A DNA stretch of 63,304 nucleotides, filler included, from Octopus bimaculoides (taxonomy: Eukaryota), in the NCBI RefSeq assembly GCF_001194135.2. It is 8 parts of 8 records of this genome, joined end to end, with 100 filler letters (N's around TTAATTAATTAA, not from the genome) between each part and the next. Parts side by side here need not be neighbours in the genome. Positions count along the whole stretch, not along the records: positions 7,545 to 17,120 come from NC_068987.1; positions 17,221 to 26,876 come from NC_068982.1; 6 more parts are not named here. One strand, 5' to 3'. Position numbers and translations under genes: made by a program. Under the pieces are notes generated by a model. That model worked only from the letters and a program-made list of their open reading frames with translations, ran no database searches and was not told where the DNA came from. This document shows positions 13,367-23,551 of the stretch, piece after piece (position 1 is the first letter of the stretch; every line of letters begins with the position of its first letter).

Positions 13367-13625
13367 AGCTCGTGGCCCCAGTGGTTCGGGTGTTGCACCC
13401 CCGATGGCAAGATCGGGGTTTCGATTACTTTGTGCTCTTGAGCAAAACACTTCACTTCACGTTGCGCCATTCCACTCAGCTGTAATAAGCCTGCAATAAA
13501 CTGGTGTCCTGCCCAGGGAGAATGTTGTGATCTCAGTGGAAAGCAGGTAACGGACCGTATGAGCCTTAAGGCTCGAGACAGTACGGTTCTGGGGACTTGC
13601 AAGTATATACACCAGGGAAACTTCA
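13367..13625 (+). mobile_element. SINE family D
   Basis: Head cgtggccccagtggttcgggtgttgcac...tttcgatt then ttgagcaaaacacttcacttcacgttgc. Confidence 0.75.
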
Positions 13626-14099
13626 AATGAAGAACTTTACTCCAGGTATTGAACTCACGACAATCAGGCTACATGCTTTCATAGAATAAGTGGTGAAGAA
13701 GAGTATTCACCGATAAATTGTTTTATGATTTTCCCACCAAGTACACTTTATAATTCCTGATTTAATTCCGGACTGATTATACATCATCAGCGGAAGTTTG
13801 CTCAACTTCTGATGTTCCATGTCATTAAATATGCTGAGACTAGTTTCTCGTTTACAACGAATCCGGGAATAATTTAATTTATTTTTCAAAGAATCCTATT
13901 TCCCCACCCCCTCATAATTCTGTATATTTGCTTGAAGGCGGCGAGCTGTCGTACAAAATGCTTAACAGCATTTTTTACCGGCATTACAGTGAGTAATGCT
14001 TTGCATCCCCATCCCCACCTCGAGCCTTAGGAAATATATAAGGCCGTGTTACCCGGGGTCCCCATGTTATATAAATGACCGAAATCACATTTCCCCTGA

Positions 14100-14335
14100 A
14101 CGGGACACCGGCCCATTGAAGGGTTCAAGGTCAATAGTTTTTGAGGGGAGGGGACGAATCCTTTACATCGACTCCAGTACTTGACTGGTACTCTACTTCA
14201 TCAACTCTGGAGGGTTAAAAAGCGTAGTCGAGCTTTGCAGTAGAAAGTTGAACGTAGAATGTAAAGAGCCGGAATAAATGCTGCTAAGCATTTTGTCCGA
14301 CATGCCAACGATTCTTCTAGTTTACCACATTCATA
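14100..14335 (-). mobile_element. SINE family A, degenerate
   Basis: tacatcgactccagtacttgactggtact...gaacgtagaatgtaaagagccggaataaatgctgctaagcattttgtccg. Confidence 0.75.
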
Positions 14336-14505
14336 CTTTGGTTAGAGGAGTTGATATATACTCTGCTGAATTCTAGTTGAGTCTTGTAGCCAAATGAATA
14401 ACATGCTTAGGAATTTTAATGTTATAATATTATAATTACGGAGATGTACTTGCATAGCAAGTGACCTGATCTGAGATCGTGTGCTGGAACGAAAACAATT
14501 GCAGC

Positions 14506-14769
14506 GTGGAAGGTATTTATAAGCCACTTAAAATAACACACAAAAGCTGTCAGATTCACTTCAACATTTAAATTTAATTTGTCAAAATATTTTCGTCGCT
14601 TTGAGACCGCGACCTGTTCACTGACAAATTCTGTGCAGCACAGAATTTTGTCAGTGAACAGGTCGCGGTCTCAAAGCGACGAAAATATTTTGACAAATTA
14701 AATTTAAATGTTGAAGTGAATCTGACGGCTTTTGTGTGTTATTTTAAATGGCTTATAAACACCTTCCAC
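14506..14769. repeat. Near-perfect fold-back palindrome, ~131-bp arms around a single central base (14637)
   Basis: Arms 14506-14636 and 14638-14769 are reverse complements with 3 transitions and 1 indel by manual alignment. Confidence 0.97.
14647..14697 (+). ncRNA. Hammerhead-like motif with swapped G3/C8 core (mirror copy on minus strand, 14578-14628)
   Basis: tttgtca GTGAACA g-gtcgc-ggtctcaaa-gcgac GAA A-atat-T T tgacaaa: 7-bp stem I, 5-bp stem II, palindromic AATATT stem III. Confidence 0.65.
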
Positions 14770-15074
14770 AATATTATAATTATAATATTATAATTAATAT
14801 TATAATATTGTTTAGTAGTTCACGAGGCATTCACTGACTCGAAATACGATGCTTACCCGGTTGAATTTCAGACTGCACTTCTTAGTTTCTTTCTCTGTTC
14901 CAGACGCTTTTATATCCACTCCCTCGTGACCGACTGCTATGTGCTCACCAGTTGTATGAAATATAGCTTTTTCCACCACTCTATATCATGAACTGAATAG
15001 ACAAACAAACAAATATTTATTACTGTGGAGATGACAAGAAAATAGCGGAAAATAGATTATATTCTTTAAGTTTA

Positions 15075-15230
15075 TAAGGCAGTGAGCTTGACGAATCGTT
15101 AGCGCGTCGGACAATAATGCTTAGCAATATTTCTTCCTTCTATCGATTCGGCCTCTATAAAATAAAGTACCAGTCAAGTACTGAGGTCGACGAAATTGAC
15201 TTGTCCTCTCCTTTTTAAAAATTGCTGGTC
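15075..15230 (+). mobile_element. SINE family A with internal deletion
   Basis: aaggcagtgagcttgacgaatcgttagcgcg head; ataaaataaagtaccagtcaagtactg. Confidence 0.75.
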
Positions 15231-15379
15231 ATGAATCTTGCACTGGATCGAATTCTGATCTCGATCAATCACTCGCTCTGGAAAATATGTAACCCGTTCT
15301 AAGAGTACTAAAGTTCAAGGAAAAAAATATATATATAATATATAATACACACACATACATACATATACATACATGTATA

Positions 15380-15705
15380 TATATCGAAAACCTACTTCGG
15401 TCACGAATGACCATGGGATTGCACCTAGAAAGTTACCCTCCGAGGCACAAGTCCGGACAAGGTTGTTTTTGGAAGACCAGCAGTCGCCCATTCATACCAG
15501 CCTCCCCTCTCCACAACACCAGTGTTATCCAAGAGAAAGGCAGAGGCCGATACAGCATGGCACCCATTTCTACAGCTGAGTGAACTGGAGCAATGTGAAA
15601 TAAAGTGTCTTGCTCAAGAACACAACACGCAGCCCGGTCCGGGAATCGAACTCACAACCTCACCGTCGTAAGTTCGACGCTGTAACCATTGAGCCATGTG
15701 CCTCC
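15380..15705 (-). mobile_element. tRNA-headed SINE (family D-like head, distinct body)
   Basis: gtgtcttgctcaagaacacaacacgcagcccggtccgggaatcgaactcac...taaccattgagccatgtgcctcc; GAGTTCGATTCC B box on the minus strand. Confidence 0.8.
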
Positions 15706-16504
15706 ACACACGCACATATATATATGTGTATATANNNNNNNNNNNNNNNNNNNNNNNNNNNNNNNNNNNNNNNNNNNNNNNNNNNNNNNNNNNNNNNNNN
15801 NNNNNNNNNNNNNNNNNNNNNNNNNNNNNNNNNNNNNNNNNNNNNNNNNNNNNNNNNNNNNNNNNNNNNNNNNNNNNNNNNNNNNNNNNNNNNNNNNNNN
15901 NNNNNNNNNNNNNNNNNNNNNNNNNNNNNNNNNNNNNNNNNNNNNNNNNNNNNNNNNNNNNNNNNNNNNNNNNNNNNNNNNNNNNNNNNNNNNNNNNNNN
16001 NNNNNNNNNNNNNNNNNNNNNNNNNNNNNNNNNNNNNNNNNNNNNNNNNNNNNNNNNNNNNNNNNNNNNNNNNNNNNNNNNNNNNNNAATAATGTATGAA
16101 AAAATAAATATGCCAATACATTATATTGTCTTTGAGATTTTAAAGTTCAATGGTAATCCATGTGGATAATAGTTGGAGAAATAAGGATGCATGAAATTGA
16201 GAGTTGTGTTAGGTTTAAAAAAAAGAAGAAAACGGGCTAAAGGTATATGTGTTAAGCAGGAAGTGTGGTGTCAAAACAGGAAGTGTGTGTAAGGGAAGAC
16301 AAATCTGTGGGTTTTATTCTCTTTAGTTGGAGTTATGGACTCTTTGTCAACAGGAAGTTTATGTCTGTTCTTAGAGAAATATGGTCACTGAGGGGTTTGT
16401 GTGCTAAGAAGTGGTTGGAATTTCTCTATGAAAAGATTCTCTTTGTTGATTCTTTCTTGTGTGGAGATTCTATCTTTACATTGATAGAAAGGGAATATAT
16501 ATAT

Positions 16505-16756
16505 ATCGTTGCTATTGTGCAAAAGTGTCGTAAGTTCAAAATGTTGCTTTTTCAGAAAACGAACTAATAGTTTCACGATTCCATAGCAAAACCGTTGTAC
16601 GACACTTTGACAATCTTTGATATCTTGGCATCTGAAGTAGCTGGAGATACGATAGTTTGACCAAAAGAACCGGCTATTGCAAGCAAAAATAAATATTGAA
16701 AAAAAACGCATTTGGCCAAATTTAGATATCCAACAGTTTAACATAATAGCAACGAT
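16505..16756. mobile_element. MITE, ~250 bp, ~23-bp imperfect TIRs in a TA context (Tc1/mariner-like)
   Basis: Left atcgttgctattgtgcaaaagtg; right end reverse complement atcgttgctattatgttaaactg; both ends abut TA runs. Confidence 0.65.
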
Positions 16757-17000
16757 ATATACATATATATATACACATACACACACATACATACATACAT
16801 ACATACATACATACATACATACATACACACACACGCACACTTTATTTGGTATCGTAGAGATTCATTTATTTATTTTACATTTTATTTCTTCACTTTAGAC
16901 ATATGTCATAGCTCCGAGAAATAAATAATTATTTGTAATTATTTATTCAGCACTTTTAAACGAGTTGAGATGTACTTTGTTATGTTCTTGAATTATCACC

Positions 17001-17066
<66 letters not shown>

Positions 17067-17369
17067 ATGGATGGAGGAAGAAATTCTTGAAAATACATTA
17101 CTGGAATTGATCGCGACAATNNNNNNNNNNNNNNNNNNNNNNNNNNNNNNNNNNNNNNNNNNNNTTAATTAATTAANNNNNNNNNNNNNNNNNNNNNNNN
17201 NNNNNNNNNNNNNNNNNNNNACTATATAAATATTTTATTTCATAAAAACTTTATATGTATATTTTGTCCAGCATAGAATTTTAATGCATTTTGCTTCTTT
17301 TTATATTCTTCACAGCAATTCAGCACATAGGAAAATTTCTATCGAAACTTTTCAGTATATTCATGTCTA

Positions 17370-17627
<258 letters not shown>

Positions 17628-19178
17628 CTGATCGCAGAAATCTCCTATAAGAAGCAATCAATGTTACAAACTGAGCAAGAGGACTTGAAGTTTATTAACA
17701 TCTTTCGACATGGCTAGATGTTAAGACTCTTGTCTTCTCAGTTGTAGGGAATAATAATAACATATGCCCATGCTGTAAAAAAAAGTAACAACATACACCA
17801 AGCGTTGTGCGTGTATGTTTGTGTTTGTCTGTCTGTTTGTCTGTCTGTGCGTGCGTGTGTCTGTCTGTGCGTGCGTGTGCTTGTTGGAAGACACGACACA
17901 TTACCAAAAGATGTGGTCTCAATAAAGGGTTCCACACTCCCTTGCTATACTCCATGCAGTTTAAGAGTACCTGGAGGCAGTGCAGTCGTTATACAACATG
18001 CTTGCCATTGCGTGTATATGTATACAGTTGTGCGATGGTACATGCACGTGTGTATGTCTGAGCGCATACGAGTATATGAGATTACGTCCAAGATTGTTAA
18101 TATGTATATATAGGTGTGTGCTTGTGTATTCGTGCGAGAATGTGTATATATGTGTATGCGTGTGTGTGGCTGCATGTGTGTATGCAAGGCTACACACGTG
18201 TGTTTCTATACATATAAGCAAATGTGTTTGTGTCCCCAAATGGATATGTGTGTTGTGCTGTGTCTGTAAGTGCGTGTGCATGTGCGTGCGTGTCTGCGAA
18301 TAAAACTGATTTACAGACCCGTTTACAAATGCACTGACTGAAGGCTATATCTACCATACCGGAAAGAGTTTGATCCTAACACCATAAAAACGTCAAGAAG
18401 AACAAATATATTATCTTGCTTTCACAATTTGATACATATCATTAACTGTTGTTGTTGTTCTGATTACTACTGCATCGACCCTTATTCCTCCTCATTTCTC
18501 CTAATTTATATAGATGTTGTGTGTGTATGTTTGTGTGTGTGAGAGTGTGTGTTCATGTGATTGCTTGGATGTGTGTGAGCGTGGGCGTGTCCTTGACTGT
18601 GTTCCACCTCCTCTTTTATGGTTACTCTCTGAGCATTTTCCTATTATCTTACACTCTGTCCACTTCTATTCTATTAACCTATTTACTTACCCACGATATG
18701 CATAACTGGAATACATAAGGGCATGCAAGAAACATTGTATTGTATTTTTTGCTGATAATATTTAGGGAGAGTTCCAATCACATTGCGCAACAGGTCAATC
18801 CGTTTGGAGAAAAACGCATAAACGTTAACTGCTCTTTTTATGTACGTCCCCCACCACCACCACCAAAAAGCATGCACGTATGTGCACATGCACACATACA
18901 TATACCCACACATACACACACAAGCATACATACATACACCCACACATGTACACACATGTATATATGTACATATTCGTGTGTTTGTACGTTCGTCCCAAAT
19001 GGTACTTGCTTATGTTTTCATCTGCAAAACTTGGTGATGTGACGAAAAGTGTAGCAGCCTTTTGATAAATATAAAACGATAAAATATAATGATGAAATAA
19101 ATACGGATGTAAAATCTACTGAATGTTACATTCCTTCATAGCCACATTCCAATGAGTAAAAAATCTATAATTACGCAC

Positions 19179-20360
19179 CAGGTTGATTCAAAAGACTTTT
19201 CGTATTTCAAGCTTTCATTAATAGTTCAGACTAATTACAATACGTAGGAGAAGCGTTTCTTCACCAAAATATATCCCATCAATTTTATTGCCTATTGCCA
19301 TCTTTATGCCTCAAGCTCAATTCCATGCTTTTGGTTGGTTTAGAGGCAAAAAACTTCCCACATCCATTTTCAGCCTCATCCATATTGTTGGATCTCCGCC
19401 CGTACAGGAAATGAGGCTTGACTCGAAACGGGTGGTAATCCAATGGAGCAAGGTCTGGACTATAGGCAGAACGAGCACTCCCAGCCCTTCAGATCCTTCA
19501 TGTTTGCGCCTGCTCATGCTGTAGATGTACGCGTCTTCGATTGACCAGTGTGGGGTAGCAAGCTTTCAAAGTATCATATAGTTGCTGCAGTTGTTGAACA
19601 CAAAGGTTTGCTTTCAATGCATGATCACCTGGGACAAATTCAAAGTGGGACATCCACGCGAAATTCTACCAAACACACAACATTACCTCCTGTCCAAACC
19701 ACCCATGTTTGACGACAGGCTCTAAATCCTAATTTTCTTATTAAGATTACGAAAATAGGTCCAATCGTGATCCCCAGTTAGAATTCCATGCCCAAAACGG
19801 AAATCTCGAGGATTTTCCGACAATTGTTAGCAAATTTTCATACGTCGTTAAGCCTGGTCATTGGTAATTTCATGAGAAGCTTCTCGACAGCGTTTGTTCC
19901 CAAGGCCAACGTTATGGATGTGTTGATAGATGGTGCTTTTTGAAGTATCAAATCCTGCCGATAATGTACGAGTTCATGTGCTTAGCTGTTGATGAAACAA
20001 TTCAAGCTAGGTCTCATATTCCACAACAGAAAGTCTACTTGACCTTGTTTTGTGTTCGAGGCTGGAATTACGTCCCTTGAAACGTCTTCTTTGAACCAGT
20101 TTTGTACCGCACTTTTGTGGAAGTTATTTCTTCGACGTCATTAATTTCTTCCACAGGTTGCGAAAATGGTTCTAAATGCAATTTTTTCGCCACTCATTAT
20201 GAAGACTGTAAAATAAAGAATACACAATAATTAGATGTTACATGTGAAAATAAAGAATGATTAATTCAGCAACGGTTGGATAAGTTAATAATATAACATG
20301 GAGACACAAATTACCAAAAATCATCAGTAAAAGTCCGAAAACACTTTAGACTCGCCCTGA
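19179..20360 (-). mobile_element. Decayed mariner (Mos1-like) DNA transposon with degenerate TIRs
   Basis: caggttgattcaaaagacttttcgtattt (19179) vs reverse complement of aaaagtccgaaaacactttagactcgccctg (ending 20359); ~1.18 kb long; transposase remnants inside. Confidence 0.85.
19250..20198 (-). pseudogene. Mariner transposase pseudogene (stops and frameshifts)
   Basis: Translated blocks TRTLSAGFDTSKSTIYQHIH (HTH region), ILTGDHDWTYF (TGDEKW motif) and AYSPDLAPLDYHPF (YSPDLAP.DYHLF motif). Confidence 0.92.
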
Positions 20361-20467
20361 TTAAACTAAAATAAAATTAACAAGAATCCCCAAAATAATG
20401 GCGTTAATGCCAAAATATATATAAAACAAAACTGTCACTGAACATTTCTAGTGATCACGTGATGGCT

Positions 20468-20481
20468 GTTACCATGGTAAT
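20468..20481. promoter_or_regulatory. RFX X-box-like site
   Basis: GTTACCATGGTAAT differs by one base from the palindromic GTTNCCATGGNAAC consensus; half-site TAGCAAC at 20519-20525; E-box CACGTG at 20456-20461. Confidence 0.3.
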
Positions 20482-20565
20482 ACTTTAGCAATCGTTATAT
20501 GAGATAAAACATACGCCTTAGCAACGATTTACCTCCAAGGTGAAACATAATATATGTTTTTGTAT

Positions 20566-20624
<59 letters not shown>

Positions 20625-21230
20625 TTCATATATACACATATTTTATATTTACATACATATACATATGCATATATACATATATAAATACATATATATATTT
20701 ACATATGTGTGTGTGCCTATGTATGTATGTATGTATGTATGTATGCGTGTCTGAGTGTGTATACGTATGTAAGTATGTATATTTTATCAGGACATAGACT
20801 TTTATGTTTAATAGAAACGCCCTGATGAACAAGCTAGCAATTCTTAAGAAACTTAAAAATAAAACACGTAATTGAAATACAAATCACAAATTATCCTCTT
20901 TCCTTTTTTTAATAAACAAATTAATTGGAACCAAATATCAGCTGAAATGATTCATCGCAAATACTTTGCGTTTTGAACACATCGTGGATACAAAACAAAA
21001 CTACAAGGAAGAAAAACGTCCTACACTTCACGTGCCTTGTTTTCTGAGGAACTAAAGTACTTTCGGTACAGCAAAATCACATATATTTTCTTGTCTTTCA
21101 CAATTGTTAGTTTTTTAAATATTTTTACGCCTTTGAATTTATGGCATGAGGGCTTAAATTCCCGGTCATGATATCGATTATAGGTTAATTAGAGTGAGAA
21201 AGAAATACAATATTTATGTATTGTCTGTCT

Positions 21231-21297
21231 CGGCTGTCCCCAACCTTTTTGCACTACAGACAGGTTTCATACGAGACAATGTTTCCATGGACAGGGG
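21231..21297. mobile_element. hAT-Charlie (MER1/Charlie3-like) terminal fragment
   Basis: cggctgtccccaacctttttgcactacagacaggtttcatacgagacaatgtttccatggacagggg resembles the recalled MER1 end CAGCGGTCCCCAACCTTTTTGGCACCAGGGACCGGTTTC.TGGAAGACAATTTTTCCACGGAC. Confidence 0.6.
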
Positions 21298-21349
21298 AAT
21301 CACGCTCATGACAAAAAGCATTAAAATATAGAATATATAATTTAAATTT

Positions 21350-21575
21350 TACATATGGTAACAAATTTTGGTACAAGGCCAGTACTGAAAGGGGAAAGGG
21401 TAAGTCGATTACATCGACCCCAATGCTAATCTGGTACATACTTTATCGATCACGAAAAGGTGAAAGACAAAAATCGACCTCAGTGGAATTTGAATTCAGA
21501 ACATAAAGCCAAACGAAATGCTGCTAAGGATTTTGTCCGGTGTACTAACGATTCTGCCAGTGTACCACCTTGATT
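21350..21575 (-). mobile_element. SINE family A
   Basis: gtcgattacatcgacccc...atcgacctcagtggaatttgaattcagaac...ctaacgattctgccag. Confidence 0.85.
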
Positions 21576-22297
21576 AGTACGTATATAATACATACATAAT
21601 ACAAATATGATGCAAAATCACCCTGAAAACTGCGATAGTCAACAACATAGATATTGAATTTTCTAATTTATCCTTTCTATGCGGCCAGGTGTTTGAGATC
21701 CTGGTGTATATTATGTTTTGAAATTATAATTGTACGATATCATAATTATGAATTGTCCATTAATTCCACATAAAGAAACAGATGATACATCTAATTACAT
21801 AAATATATAAATAAGGTGAATGAAATAGCTAAAATAAGTCAATGATATGGGTATAAACAATTGAATTAGGTGTGGTGTACCGAATAGAATATACACATAT
21901 TCCTTATTTAATAATTTTAGTATGAATGAGAGAAATAATAATGATTTCTGATTTAAGTCAGAAATTTTTTAGGAAAGAAATTAAGCGACTAAATCGAGCC
22001 CAATACTTGATTAGTGCTTTGTTTGTCAACCCCGGTGGAATAAAAGGCAAAGTTGACCTCGGCAGTATTTCAACTCTGAACCTAAAGAGAAAGAACAAAT
22101 GCTGCAATGCATTTGTTTCTCACACTCTAATGATACTACCAATTCAATTCATATTAGTCAGAGAAAAAAATAGCAAATCCTAACGGCAATCGTTAGCAAA
22201 AAAGAAAAGAGGATATAATTACAAGAGTTTAAGAATTTATCTCTCAAAGTTATTTCACATACTCCTGTTCGATTTATCGGTCTAGTTCTATTGAATA

Positions 22298-22334
<37 letters not shown>

Positions 22335-22369
22335 ACACACACACTCTCAAACACACACACACTCACACA

Positions 22370-22407
<38 letters not shown>

Positions 22408-22412
22408 AAGAT

Positions 22413-22443
<31 letters not shown>

Positions 22444-22719
22444 GTAAATTGATCTGCGTAAAAATGGCAACAAGAAGAGTACTTCATCCAATGCGAGTTC
22501 AATATTAATGTATGCGTTTCACTCCCCATGTATTACACGCGGTAAAATAATTTCATGTAAATGACAAGTACGTTCATTAGGCGCTGTTTATTCTATGAAA
22601 CCAAGGAGTTTAAACAGAGTACCGGGTGAGAGGCGATGCTAAGGCAAACCATATTTAATGGGAACTTCCACCACCACAGATGAGCTACGAAATTGAACAG
22701 ATACAAAGCGTTCAGATGA

Positions 22720-23350
22720 ATTTAAATCAAAAATAAGCATAAAAAATAAAGTAAAATGATAAAGTTATGAATTATAAAGTTACAAAAATTTAAATCAAAT
22801 TATAAATGTGTCAATATATAAAAAAAAATATGAAAATGTATATAAATCTACAGATAATCCAAAAGCTATACAAATATATATAGATCTATAGATAATCCAA
22901 AGACTATACAAACATATACAAATACATAAGCTATATACAATAGATAAACTATACAAGTACATAGAAATACAAATAAGTATACATACATTGTATAAAATTG
23001 TAAGTGGGAAAACTATGATATCTGTTATAAAGGTCTATAATTATAATATATAAAAATGACTAAAGGAATATTCAAGGATGGAAAAAAATATATTGTAAAT
23101 ATAAATATGAGATATAAATCGACACAATGAAAGAAGAAACTATATCTATATTCCTAGGCGTTATAAAGAAAGGTAGAAAAAGTGGCCAATCAATCGGGAA
23201 TCCGTAGAATCTTTCAATTTTTAAAGATATTTTTAAACATCCACTAAAAATCTCTGACCTCGAGTTCAATACCGAGTTCGGCATATCGGATCTAAATAAA
23301 ATCTAGGTGATGAACGAAATTTAAAGAATCAGAACCCATTCAGATTAATT
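22720..23350 (-). mobile_element. PLE 3' fragment: end of the GIY-YIG ORF plus AT-rich 3' region
   Basis: Minus frame PNSVLNSRSEIFSGC matches the LLNSRSE...C C-terminus typical of PLE endonucleases. Confidence 0.55.
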
Positions 23351-23518
23351 TTTAAATCAGTAAATAGATTCAGGTAGATCTCTGTGTGCGCGCGCGTACG
23401 TGTATGTGTGTATGCGTGTGTGCGTGTGCGCGCGTGTGCGTGTATTTGTGTGTAAATGTACATTCATACATACATACACACACACACACATACATACATA
23501 CATACATACATACATACA

Positions 23519-23551
<33 letters not shown>

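Noticed and set aside
13707-13889. 60-aa minus ORF (MKNKLNYSRIRCKRETSLSIFNDMEHQ...)
   Set aside because: No convincing splice sites or recognisable motif; length expected by chance.
20821-20856. CTGATGA...GAAAC motif
   Set aside because: Stem II is poor and no stem I pairing is possible; at most a dead remnant.
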